Below are positions 41,134 to 53,791 of a stretch of 64,000 nt of DNA, one piece after another (positions within the stretch are counted from its first letter, which is position 1; every line of letters begins with the position of its first letter). A program made the position numbers and the translations under genes. The notes beneath the pieces were generated by a model, which saw only the letters and a list, made by a program, of their open reading frames with translations, ran no database searches and was not told the origin of the DNA. The DNA is from Pocillopora damicornis (lineage: Eukaryota), in the NCBI RefSeq assembly GCF_003704095.1, contig NW_020846063.1, forward strand, positions 930,001-994,000. Reading direction: 5' to 3'.

Positions 41134-42867
41134 ATGGCGATAATTGTGAAATGGCATCAAGCGCCTCCATCTTCTCCGATCTTTTCAAGGAAGCTTTTTG
41201 TGGCAACTGTCGTTCTTATCATCTTCATCGTTTACGTGTCCAACTTGGGAAAGATGATGAGCGTGACAAATGACGATGACAAAGAGTACATAGAGTACAT
41301 AACAGGAATGGGAAAAACAGAAAAATTCAGGTTTGTTGGTTTGAAGTGATGCAACAATAACCGGCGTGACTGGGGTACAAAGGAAGGGGGAGGGGAAAGG
41401 GCGGTTTTGGTGCACATAATGAGGTAGGATTCTCGCAGCTCGCTGCACGAGCGTTTCTTTGCGGACAGCAGAGAAGCGAACGAGAGTTTCAATAGCTTTA
41501 ATCTCAAGGATGTATATATAGAAACTCAAACAAGTGTCGAATTTTTTAATCCTAAAACAACTGATTGATAGAAAATGTTTTGCTGGGGTTTTTAACTTAG
41601 AAATGCCGCACAAACGCAAAATGAACTCGAGGAGTAATACCTCGACAATTCAGAATAAGTCAATTAAAAAATAAAAAAAAAATGTAATTGGTTTCAATTG
41701 ATTATTTATTAAGCTTACTTAATACAGCAAAAAAACCTTACGTCTGAAAGGAAAGAGAGACCATGATAGTTTATCTTTTACATTCTTTCCGTAATTAAGG
41801 ATACTAATTTCTTGTTGTTTTTTCTTTCTATCAACAGTACCACGCCAAACACCTGTCAACCAAAAGAACACGTGCTTTTCTTGAAAACCCACAAGACAGG
41901 CAGCAGTACAATCACAAACATACTCAACAGATATGGAGACTTTCACAACTTGACTTTCGCTCTTCCCCAAGATGGTTTCTTTAATTTCTTCTGGCCTCTG
42001 TCGTTCGAAAGTACTTTTATAGCGGATCTTAAAGGTAAAAGACCGAATATTTTCTCCAATCACGCGAGATGGAACAGGAAATCGATGACTGAGCTGATGA
42101 GACCGAATGCAGTTCTTATTACCATCCTTCGAAATCCTGTCTCGCAGTTGGAATCAACGTTTTCTTACATGGAATTTGCTCAGTTGCTTAGAATCAAAGA
42201 TTCAAAAAATTCCTTAGCGACTTTTTTTGTCGATCCTATCAATACCTTGGCAAAACTCTCAGATCTTTCAGAATCTGGATCTGTCTTTCCATATCTAAAC
42301 TTGCTGAAAAATGGACAATTTTTTGACTTGGGATTGGAAAAAGAGCAATATTTTACCGATGAAAAGATAAAAGAGGCGTTAAATGAAATCGATGGAAGTT
42401 TTCACCTCGTCCTCCTGATGGAGTATTTTGACGAGTCACTCATTTTACTCGCCCGAGAGCTCTGTTGGGATATTCGAGATGTTGTGTATTTTAGGCTCAA
42501 CCAACGGAAATCCTCCGACGCTAATACAAACCTTTCCGAAGAACTTGTGCAGAAGATTCGGCGGTGGAACAGAGCTGATGTATTACTTTATAATTATTTT
42601 AACAGAACGTTTTGGAACAAAATTGAAAAGCTCGGGAATATGTTTTGGATTGACGTTCATCGCTTGAGAAATTACAACAAGATGTTGGAGGAAGAGTGTT
42701 TACTCCCTGGGGAACATTTTGGAAAGGCGTACGCCAAGCAGTCGAAGTTTATCCAGGGGTACGCTTTGAAGGAGAATATCACTCCTCAATTGAGGCTTCT
42801 TTGTGAAAAAATGATAACCAATGAGATTGACTATATGGAATATTTAAGAAAAAAAGCATTAAATTAG
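41134..42867 (+). CDS. Galactose-3-O-sulfotransferase (GAL3ST family), type II membrane protein, copy A
   Basis: Exons 41134-41330 (N-terminal TM) and 41838-42867. 5'-PSB FLKTHKTGSST, 3'-PB TILRNP...ESTF, and LMEYFDESLILL...CW, WNRADVLLY..FNRTFW. Confidence 0.92.
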
Positions 42868-43084
42868 AACTTACTGCAGCTGATCACGATGCGTTCCCTA
42901 TTTTTCTTATATCTGGGTAGCATTGAAAAAGAGTCCGGTAAAGAAAAGTACTGACATTTTATTATTTGAACATACGACTAAATAGGGTCGTTATTTCGTA
43001 CCCACAGTCGTTTCTTGCCCAGTCGTATCTAACCCAGCTGGTTACGATTCGTATGCAGGTACGGTGGGGGAGTATAACAAGGTG

Positions 43085-43156
43085 ATTTGGTTTTATCAAC
43101 TGAGTTAATAATGTTAATCAGCCACCGTAAATAGCTTTAAGCTGATGTTTCAAGCG
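43085..43156. repeat. Fragment of the hammerhead-bearing repeat family
   Basis: ATTTGGTTTTATCAACTGAGTT..TAATGT..AT..GCCACCGTAAA..GCTGATGTTTCAAGCG. Confidence 0.6.
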
Positions 43157-44054
43157 ATTCATATCCAGTCAGTTGAATCGCTTGGTATCCATTAAGTATT
43201 TTACAGCAAGATTAGGTTAGACTAAATGAATAAACGAAAATAAATGAATTTATAATTTCATTTTACCATACTAGGGCAATGGATCACGTAAAATAAGTCA
43301 CGGTATTACACTGTAGAGCAGGGCAAAAATACGTATAGAAACGGTCCGTGCGATCTAGACGTGACAGATTTTTAGACATGACTTTTTCAGCAAAAAGCTT
43401 CAAGCACATAACAATATTTTGGTTATCAAGAATTCTTTTTGGTTTCTTTTGTGGTTTTTATTTTCTTCTCCCACATACTCCTTATGCGATCGGTATGATG
43501 ATGATAGAGTGGAAATTGAAATTATTTGTTTTAAGTCACAAAAATGCAATTTCATTTAATCAAAGAGGGGCGTTGAAGCTATATAACTCAGTTTTCCGCT
43601 TGAAAATTACGTTCCGCGGTCTTCAAATTACTCGCTACCTGTTTCTTTTGGGATTCTGCGCAGTAGAGGTTTTCATTTCAAGTTTAGGATCCTCTTTTTA
43701 CGATCATGGAGGATATAATTGAGGAAAAAATGCATGGTTGTGCACTTTTTTGTAGAGGAGGCATTGTGAACATTGCATAAGCTATCTCTTACCCCTTTGG
43801 CTCGTGGCTCAGAATTCCTGACAACAGAACTTTCCTTCTAGTTAATTAAGAAAAATGATCCATTAGTTCAGAGCCCTCGCAAGTATTTTTGAACCTTTGA
43901 TGGAGTAGTTACTGTTTGCGCAAACACGCTCTGTCGAGCAGCCTATGTTTACTTTGTGGCCTGTTCCTACCCAGACTTCCCACGGCTACGCAAACAATCT
44001 GTGGTGAGGTCATGTGCTAGTACTATTTATAGGGTGTGAAAGTCACTTCTAAAC

Positions 44055-47000
44055 ATGTCGCTGCAACAAGGATATCAAACGCAACCTGTGCAGCAACAAC
44101 CAGGTATTTTAAAGCTTTTCTTAGATCTCCAAACAAAACGATCGTGATTGCGACTGTATGTAATGTTTCATGTCTTGTAACTGAGAGAAACTTATTTAAA
44201 ATATTCACTGACTTTCGCTCTCGGAGAAAGAGTAGGTACTTGATGTTTTGCTTCCTAATGGTCTTAAAGTTTTTAAGTAGTGTTATTAACAAAACAAAAC
44301 ATGACAACAAACACGAGCAAACTAACGAGCGTTAGCTGAAACACAACTTTCTTCATGTGAAGCAAATGTGCGTGGTTTTTTCGGTGATCGTGTGATTTGC
44401 ATGCGATCAATTTGGTTTTGCCCCGTTTATTGTTTAACTGTCCGTGAAATCAAAATGAAGTTGACATACAAGTTGTGCCCTACTCCTTTAGGTCCTTCTA
44501 TCGATTGGTTATAAAACTGCTGACGTTTTTGAGTGTTAATGCATTATGATATTCACAAATGCCATTTCATTTTTTGTTAGCGCAAGGTTTCTAACGACTT
44601 CACATCCGATTGTTTATAGAACGGTTCTTTGCAGGTAGTACGTGCACAGGCTCAACATTTTCCAACAAATTTCCTTAGAACTAAGACGACAAAAACTGTA
44701 CGCAAGACGGCAATCAACTCTAGAAAATTGTTAGTTTACTTCACAACTGATGATGAGATGGTTATTTAGGCGGGACGACACGCTTTTTCAACTTTGAAAG
44801 GGGATCTATTTTAAGACCTGCAATTTGATGGCAATCTGGGATTGCATGATATTCCCGTGTTAACCCCCTCCACGATTAAGTGATACACTTTGCAAAACAA
44901 GCTTGAGACTGTGTGATATTTCTGAGAAAGCATAGAGAATTATGTAGTTGGAATGATATTCATTTGAGTAATTATTAAAAAAACAATTACACCCCTCAGG
45001 GTTATTGAACATTTTTGAATAATTGAAAGTTATTTCTTTGGAGGGTTAGCATGACTAACAACCCAAACTGCTTCATCCATAAGTCTTGCTTGTGGGAATA
45101 GCATATGTTTAAGATGAAGATGAAGTGTATAAGATATGTGCAGAAAAACAGGCATAGAACTGGGAAATTAAGCAGCTTTCCATTGTTGTTGTTATGACTG
45201 TGAATATATGAAAATCCTATATGTGAACTGCAGTGTAAGAAATGAATATGAAAGTGATTTTTGCAGTAATGAACACTACTCAAGCAGTTGTGAAAACATA
45301 GCTTGAAAAAAATTGTTTTCTAACATAGAGTAAGAAGAAAAGTGACCTTGTATCTGTTTTGTAACATGGCTACATAAAGAGCTCTGAAATGATGTTTATG
45401 GTACCTTTTATACCAGCAAAACTACAGTGGAGCCTTTCTGACTCAGACTCACTGAATTCAGTCTTTATGTAACTCAAACTTCCTATTCTTTCAAACTGTT
45501 GGTTGTTGGACAGGTAATTCTGTGTCAACAACTGAGTTGAAAATGTAAATTGGCCACCATAAAGAGTTTAAAGGCTGACATTTCAAGCATTAGCCCTTCA
45601 TCTATGGCTTTGATGAAGGATTAATGCTTGAAATGCTAGCCTGTTAAATCTTAACGGTGACAATCTTTGCAGGAGTTCCTGGACAGGCAAATTGGATGCC
45701 TGTTCCTCAGGCACCAATAGGCTGCCCCCCAGGATTGGAATACCTGACTGCAGTTGATCAATTGCTCATTCAACAACAGGTTGAGCTTCTAGAAGGTAAT
45801 TTGAAGAGAGTGAGAAATGTTCATTTCAGTCGCAACTTATTATTCAATGTGCCATCATGAATTGAAATCAGCAGGCTCCATAAAAAAGCTGAAACAAAGA
45901 GGGCAACTTTGAATATTTTATCAGTAAGATTGTTTATTTAGGGTAAATATGAATGTTGTCCTTTCAACAAGCTTTTCCTCAAAATATTTGACAAACTCCT
46001 CTTACTGTTTGGTTAGCTGGAAAGGACATAATATTGTGATCCTTGGATAAAGATTGCTGAGATACAGAATTTGAAGTATTAGATGATCAAGCAAGGAGTG
46101 ATGGGATGAGTTTGCAAAAATGTTATTACTCACATCTGTAATGGCATTGTCTGTTTTAGAAGGGATCTCCTGATCAGACTCAGTCTTTTACATGTGATAT
46201 GATTCTTGGTTCAGTCAAAATATTTCTTAAGTATCATAAGGGATTAAGGTGGCTTTAATCATATTTTATTCATCAAATGATTGTAAAAATTAACTTCAAA
46301 ATGTGGACTGATCTTGAACATTAGTTGCAAACATTTTTCTGTTTGGATCAAGTTGATAGCTTTGTGCAAGTGACTTCCAGCTTAGCTCTGGTAGGATGGT
46401 TTCTATACCTTGATGGCCAAACCAGTCTTAATTTAAGCGTTATACCATAATACATGTTTTTCTTTTTCCTTATTTTCTCTTAGCTTTCACTGGATTTGAA
46501 TCCAACAACAAATACAAGATATGTAATTCCATGGGTCAACAAGTATATTTTGCTGCTGAAGGTAATTTTGCTAGTGTTGTTTCTTTCAATTTACTATAAT
46601 TTTAAATAAAATAAACTTTATACATTTTTAACACTAGCGGTATTTTTTCAGACACTGACTGCTGTACTCGACAGTGCTGTGGTCCTGGGCGTCCATTTGA
46701 AATGAAAGTTTTTGACAATATGCAAAGAGAAGTGATACACCTCTCCCGACCCCTCAGGTGCCAGTGCTGTTGTTGTCCTTGTTGTCTTCAGGAGATTGAA
46801 ATACAGTCCCCACCAGGGACAGTTATTGGTTATGTGGAACAGAAGTAAGTGAATATGGTAAAACATCTTCATTTTCATTACTTAGCATAAAAGTTACAAT
46901 CTTTCCTATTCTTCTTACCAACCAAAGGCTTTCGAAAATACAGATCCAAGCTGTTTCTGGAATGTGTGTCACCTATGAGCTCAAGGCAAGAGCTTAGACC

Positions 47001-49175
47001 CTTTGATCAGAGTCCAGTGTGCAAATAGTGCAATGAATATTACAAATAAATATTAAGTGGGAAAAAAAATGCTCAAATGGTAAGAGGCAGACATTCAAAT
47101 GGGCAGCATGGTGGAGGGTGTGAACAGGAACCACCAGATTATAAGCCCAGTCCCCTTATCCCCTTGCTACACCCAAACACTCAGCCATGCTGCAACTTAG
47201 CTTCACCCAAACTACTCAGACATTCTTTTTCTGCCACTCTCAAACTACTTTGCCATTTTTCAGTTCAGCCATACCCAAACAACAACACCTGATGCAGTTC
47301 AGCCATACCCAAACAACATGGCCTGATGCTGTTCAGCCATACCCAAACAACATGGCCTGATGCAGTTTAGCCACATCCAAATGACCAGGCCATGTAGTAA
47401 TCTGCCTTACTCTGACCACTTTACCCCTTACCCTTTACTTACAATTCATGATTTGATTTTGTGACCATAGGTGGACATGGTGGAAAGCCAAATTGGAAAT
47501 TCAAGATGCACAGCGGCAGCCTATCATGGTAGTCAATGGGCCGTGCTGCCCTTGCAGTTGTGGATCGGATGTTGAATTCCCTGTGAGTCGAGTACTGCTT
47601 ATTCTGCAGCCTAGTGTGATTAGATAATGAGAAAGGGAGGGGTGAGAGAGTGACTATGTCCATGCTTCATGTTTGTAATGGTTTCTGAATTGTGTTTAGT
47701 TATGTGTTCTTTTGAAGAGATATCTTGTTCCCACAGCTCAATTCTTTGGATGGAAGCAGTGAAATTGGAATGATCAGCAAGCAGTGGACTGGACTCGCAA
47801 GAGAGATGTTTACTGATGCTGAGAACTTTGGAGTGCGATGTAAGGACAGAACTGAGATATTTTCCTTTGAAAAGTCCATGCAATGAAGTACAAAAATATT
47901 GTATTCAAAATATTTCCTTTATACACCCAGGGCTTCCTCGTCAGATCACGGTGAAATGGCTCGTTTCTGAGATTACACTTCACGGAATCTCCCCTAGGCA
48001 AAAATTTTGCAAGGTTCATATTAGAATGCGGGTAAACTTAGTTTCTTAGATCTTGGTTTTGCTTAGGTAGCCTACGTCGCCCCATCTCACTGTCGCCCCG
48101 TCACGTCGCACCCAAGCTGGTAACTTCGTCGCCTCGTGTTACACGGTTTGAAACAAAAATATTGGAAATATTTATGGGTTATCTAAAAAACAAAATGAAG
48201 CGCGAACAAAATGAAATTCAGAAAAAATTATACCCAAGTGTGAAATGAAGAGGTTTATGCGGCTAAACCTTTTCTTTCCTATTTGCTGTGCCTCAGGTTT
48301 TTAATTCAGTTTTTTATTTCACTCTTTGTTTTTCGTCAGTCCCTTTGGATCTGGATGTCAAGTACAAAGCCATACTAATGGGAGCTACCTTTCTCATTGT
48401 AAGTACAGACAGAGCGCACGTTACATTTCTTACATCTGCAAAAGTTCTATGCCACGTCAGCGATTTTGTTTAGGGAGATTCTTGTGAGTTTAAGAAACAT
48501 TTAAAAATATTACGTCCGTTGAAAGACTGAAATTTTTCTCACCTACTCAAATTTTTGAAGATGGTCGAAGACCTGAGCTACGTTTTGGCGTCTTCCTTGA
48601 TCTGCTACTAAACAGACGCACGGAAAAAGGGAATCTTTTTGTTTTATATTGTAGTTATAAAGAAGCAGAATTTTGTTAATGGTGATGTCAGTTATGCTTT
48701 TTTCCTCCCTTGGATCATTTGTAAGATCAAATAAAAATGCGTGTGTCATTCTGTATACTATTTAACCTTTAAACTCCCATGAGTGACCAAGACAGAATTT
48801 CTCCTTACAATATCAATACAATATCAACCAGATAAGTGATGAGAATAAAAGAAAAATATCAATTTGGGATAATTAGTTGATCCAATACTAAATTCTCTGA
48901 ACTAACATTATAAGAATTGTATGGTTGACAGTGAGGAGAATGACAAATTTGATCTGGGAGTTAAAGGGTTAATTACCTCCATGTGGTAAGAATATCAGTA
49001 ACACACTCGGCGGCGCCTTATGTACCTTTTTTTGGTTCTCACCACGTTTTGTCGTCATCCGGGATCTATCACTGAAAAAAACACGTCCTGCAACATTGCA
49101 TCAATTTGATTCTAATGACTTGATTTATCTCTTAACTTTTAGGACTTCATGTTCTTTGAACACAGCAACAACTAA
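44055..49175 (+). CDS. PLSCR: Phospholipid scramblase family protein
   Basis: Exons 44055-44103 ([16 protein letters not shown]), ~45673-45794 (CPPGLEYL...QQVELLE), ~46483-46561, ~46652-46844 ([22 protein letters not shown]), ~47470-47583, ~47737-47839 ([17 protein letters not shown]), 48340-48398 (FPLDLDVK.KA), 49143-49175 (DFMFFE). Confidence 0.94.
45526..45662. repeat. Palindromic hammerhead-bearing repeat, decayed
   Basis: AACTGAGTTGAAAATGTAAATTGGCCACC...GCTGACATTTCAAGCATTAGCCCTTCATC...GATGAAGGATTAATGCTTGAAATG. Confidence 0.65.
47261..47392 (+). repeat. 34-bp minisatellite, ~3.8 copies, in a scramblase intron
   Basis: Unit CAGTTCAGCCATACCCAAACAACATGGCCTGATG repeated head-to-tail without spacers. 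Confidence 0.85.
48762..48972. mobile_element. ~210-bp piggyBac-type MITE
   Basis: TTAA-CCTTTAAACTCCCA...TGGGAGTTAAAGGG-TTAA; inverted close match to 25919-26129. Confidence 0.85.
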
Positions 49176-49316
49176 ACGATCGCTGTGAGTTCACCTGCAG
49201 CCAGTTTAAAAAGAAGGAAGATTATTTCAGGGCACCTCGTAGATGATCAACGCCACAGTCTTAAACATTTAATAAATGCACGTATATTCTAAGATATGTT
49301 ATCTGCTTGACACCTT

Positions 49317-49529
49317 TGTAAGCTTTAAACTCCGGCAATTCCAATTAGTAATCCTTCCTTCACTAGTCACGAACAGTAACTTGTTTATTAGTGAAGAGAA
49401 TTTTGTGTTTAATCAAGGAACGCCTTGCAACCGATGAAGTGTCTCTTCTCCTTACCTTTTCGCGGAACAATGTATTGAAATTGGACGGGGAAGTTACATG
49501 TTAGAGATTTCTTAGAGTAAAAGGGTAAA
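49317..49529. mobile_element. Old TTAA-type MITE in the probable scramblase 3'UTR
   Basis: GCTTTAAACTCC...GAGTAAAAGGGTAAA; same length and internal GAGAATTT motif. AATAAA follows at ~49809. Confidence 0.5.
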
Positions 49530-50622
49530 ATGCCGATGGGATTTTTTTATGCAAGTTAAATAATGGAACAAAATGTTAACGTTGACACTTAAAATGTAAA
49601 AGGTATATTGTGCGGAAATAGCTCAAGGATTTTGATCAGAAGATTCATGTCTTCTCGGACAGGCTAAAAAGAAGATGATAGAGAACCTGTATTTCTTGAT
49701 GAACTGCGTACACCTGTGTTTTCTCGCTATAGTAGTAAGTTCATACACGTTCGTGGGAGAATACCGCGCCAGTAAATTACTTTATACATAATTATTGCAC
49801 CATGTATCAATAAAAATGTTGCAGAAAAACCTCAACGTTATCCAGCAGTTGGAATATACAGTTATTAAGGTGCGCTACCACATAGCTTCTACATGACTAA
49901 GACTGTTCATCTGACTCGTCCTAAGGCTTTTACCTTTTTGATAGAGGGCGTGGGAGGAGATTGTTTGGTCACTTTCAAACTTGAGGATCATTTTGCATTG
50001 AGATACGAAACACTGATCGACGGAAACTAGCATTGTTTCATCTTTTCTGGCGTTAAGCCGCGTCTTTTTCAAAATTCTGTAATGTTTAGGACAAGATAGT
50101 CTACTAACGCAGAAAAACTACCTCATAAATCACACGACCTGTTCTTCCTGGTTTGCTTGTGATTTCCCATGCTAGAATACCTAACGTGTTCCGTCTCAGT
50201 TTCAGGCCCGTGGTCGGTGAAACGAGCGGAAAATACTGCCGCTTTTTTTTCCTTCTCACGAAGTGATGCTCAAGTTTGTTTCCACCTAACGAGAGCTTAG
50301 ATGGCTTGAAAATTCTGATGTCGTATGCAGCTGTACTCTACGATGTCACGCAATGCCTTAGTAGCGTTACGGAAAAATTCTGTAATGATTTTAATCCTAC
50401 TGTTCCACATAGCAAAGTTTAAGGTTCTGCGAGACCCTGGAGACAAGCTTTTATATCCGGTAATTTTCTGGGAACTGACTATTCTAACCGGCTACCGGCT
50501 TTGAGGTTTATCATTTGTTTGTATCACGTGATCGCCATAGTTCTAGGAATTCCCTGCCTGCAGTGATGCGTGTGATGTTCGGTATTCACTTCAGAAGCGA
50601 GGTATAAAGCTAGACAACAGAA

Positions 50623-52729
50623 ATGGCCAGCAATAATTTAGAGAGTGAAATCCGTACTCTCAGAGAAAAACTCAAGAACTATAAAGTTGGAAATATCGAG
50701 GGCTTGCATTCTTTCTCAGACGCTCTCGAAGGAGAAATGGAAGGATTGCAGATACGGCTGGCCGTGTTTGGCATGACTGGTGCTGGGAAATCGTCGCTTG
50801 TTAACACGATTTGGAAGACTTTATACGGCCGAGAAAATGCCCCTGCAATAGAACAATCATCTGGAGCCGAAGGAACACAATTACTGGAGGATTTTCATTC
50901 GCAATCGGGGACAGAAGATGACCGTGGCGGCTTTGTATTCCATGACACAAGAGGTTTTAACTTCGATTTCAACAGAGCTGAAGAAAGTAGGTATTTAGTT
51001 TAACTGTTCTTTTTACCTGCGACATTTGATCAGTTAACAAACTGAAAGATATCTTCAAGCCTAGCGACATTTATTTTCTAATACTAAGAGAATTCGTCAA
51101 GCCGACAACAATGGTCGGCTTGACGAGGGGCTAGCCCTGAAAGTCGTCGGCCTTGAACCCTTTTACGATGGCCAATTTACATTATCAACTCTGTTGACAA
51201 AACCAAATTATCACGTTAAAAAAAACAGCGATCCGAAAGTAACGGCCCTGATGGTTTAAATTTTTTCAGGGTAGTTGAATTTCATTTTACTTATGGGAAG
51301 CAAAATATATTCATTCAAAGTCATTATTCAATTTCAGCTTTCGGTTTCTACGCCAAAGGCGGAAGTAGTGTGTAACGCAAGATTTGACAAGGCTTGCGTG
51401 ACATGGTCGAGAATTAATGTTACAATAGGCATGCGCTTTAAAGTACCTTCAATTGCCAATTTTGTATTTAACCCTTTAAGAAATTACAAACAGAGAAGTA
51501 TTGTATATGACTAAAGCAGCTACTCCAGGAGATTCTCAGAGTGAGAAAAATAGCGAAGAGCTGACAAACTCCTTTGACTCCAATCAGTAAAAAAAAGACT
51601 CCGAACTCTTAATCTTTTCAACGCCCCCTTGGCCGTCGTTGTAATGCTCTCTCCAGTATATTTTTCACTGATTGTAGTTAGGGAATCTGGTGCTAATACT
51701 GGTGGAGATAATAAAATGGTACATAATGAGAAAAACTGTACGATATATTCCGTTGTATGATTTGCGTAGCTTCCAGTTATGTTTTAAAAAAATCACTGAA
51801 AATATTTCCTTTGCCTTTAGATGAACTCTTCAGAATATTATACGGCATCGTTTCTGCAGGACAGCTTATAGAGCGAGGAGACTGGGCTGAAAAAATGGCC
51901 GAAGACGCTGGTCAAGCTGCTCACAGGCTCGAAAAGCCTCCGGTTGCAGACCAAGTTCATGTGGCATTGTGGGTAATCAAGGCTAACGACATTCGTTTCG
52001 TGAATGGCCAGTATCTAGACAAGTTCAATTTTGTGAGGCAAAAATTAAACGCGGAAGGTGAGAGTTGGTAACTAAACATCTTTGCTTTGTATTTGTGCCA
52101 AAGTTTTGATTATAATCACTGTAAACCCCAAAGGAACTCAACCGGGAACTCCAAGGGGCCAAAGATTTATTTTTTTAAATTGAAATTTTGATCTCATTCC
52201 CAACTAGTATTATTATTATTTCAAAAATTCGAGTTTTGTTATTCCGAAATAAACATTTCCAGGGAAATAGTCCGAGTAACTAATTTCTCTAGTGAACAAC
52301 TGGAATCCTTGCCGAAAAAAATCCGAGTTGTTTGATTTACACCATTCCCCCACCCACGGTTTCATGGCATTTTATCCTTGGCCAAAGAAATTCTGAGACA
52401 TTCTAGAGACTCCATTTCCAAGCATTACCCCTGTTCGTCTTTGAGTTCTCTTTTTTTAATGTATTTTTGAAGGTGTTACCATAATTACGGTTTTAACCCA
52501 CGATGACAAATTGGACTCTGAAGAACGCAATCAAGCTAAAAAGAACGCCATGGAAGTGACCGGAAGTAAGAAGGCTCAAACATTTGTCTTTGCTAATTGG
52601 TTAGGAGAACAGGAAGAATACGACGTCAGGTACCAACGGGAGGTGTTGAAAATGTTGCACACTGCTCTTGGGTGCGGTGAGCGCTCTGTGAGGTCTCGGC
52701 AGATTCAACGGAAACTTAGTAAACAGTGA
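50623..52729 (+). CDS. IFI44-like P-loop GTPase without a TLDc domain
   Basis: Exons 50623-50986, 51821-52057, 52473-52729 (phase-1 introns). G1 IRLAVFGMTGAGKSSLVNT, G2 EGT, G3 DTRG, DQVH.ALWV, G4-like VLTHDD. This layout is typical of IFI44-family NTPase domains. Confidence 0.72.
51094..51213 (+). repeat. Hammerhead-bearing repeat copy with a 13-bp perfect hairpin
   Basis: TCGTCAAGCCGAC-aacaatg-GTCGGCTTGACGA, then GGGGCTAGCCCTGAAA...GGCCAATTTACATTATCAACTCTGTTGACAAAACCAAATT. Confidence 0.6.
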
Positions 52730-53744
52730 AAGACACTGACTGATAGCGAAACACTTCGCGTTTTAGGGTAGAGCTTCATTTTTTATTTGTGAATATAGCG
52801 ATCTTTTTTATGACATTGAAAGCCTTTTATTATTTCTTCTGGTCTGGATAATTGCTTTGAAGTGACCTCCCCCTAATCGGAAGTAGTGCAGTGCGCCGTA
52901 GTAGGACAGCGAACTTGCTTTTCTGTGAAAGAAGTCTTTCGTTTGAAGAACGTACAAGGCTTTTCTGTGACTTCAATTTAAATTCAGTTACAAAATTGTA
53001 GCCAACTTTTTATTTGATGAAAGCTAATTCTCAATATGTATTCAGCTCTCGGCTTTTTAGGAGACAAGAATTAGTGATCTATTCAAACTGGTCTCGCTTA
53101 CTTTCATACAATGAGAAAGGGGAGGCCTGGGGTGGGAACTCTCAACAGCACTGTATAGAGAAAAGGTTGGGATGGGAGGAAGGGTAAGGGTAAAAACTGT
53201 CGAGAGAGACTGGGAGAGAGTAAATGAAAACAGATGATTGGACAAATATGAAGCCACTGTCAAAACGCTATTTCACGGACGTACGAGGCAAATCGGATCA
53301 GTTCTCCTTGTGGACAGTCGAGTGAGACCGCTGAGAATATTACAGTAGACAACGTATAAGCGAGCGCCATTTCAGTAACACATAGTTATCCTTAGTCATA
53401 ACTAGGATAAACGTCAATGAAATGGTTTATAAAAGTCAGCTGAAACAACTTAAAAAGGGATTTTCGTTTATTAGATATTATTATCATTAAATGCTCGTCC
53501 TTGGAAAAATTGTGAGGGTAATCTTTTCATATTAACCTATTATGTCTTATCACAAATCATTTTCAACTATGTGAACCCAATGTTAATGATGTAGCTTGGA
53601 TGGGAAGCTATGTTGGTCACAACTGGCCAATCACGACCGACTTACGCCACGTGAGTCTTATGGCCAATGGCACCTCGCGGAAAACTGACCTATCAGTTTT
53701 CACGGACCATACCAACAAAACTCGAATTACAAAATATTCCCTCG

Positions 53745-53791
53745 GTGATTCTGATTACGACTTCCGCTGAGGAAGTCGAAACGTCAGTCAC
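53745..53791 (+). ncRNA. Hammerhead-like motif of a second subfamily, core mutated (G8 to U)
   Basis: GTGATT CTGATTA C GACTTCC GCTGA GGAAGTC GAAAC GTC AGTCAC. Stem I is 6 bp, stem II is a perfect 7 bp, followed by GAAAC-GUC, but the core reads CUGAUUA instead of CUGANGA. Confidence 0.55.

Noticed and set aside
47261-47392. 34-bp repeats as a CRISPR array
   Set aside because: Units are head-to-tail with no unique spacers, lie in a eukaryotic intron, and no cas genes are present.
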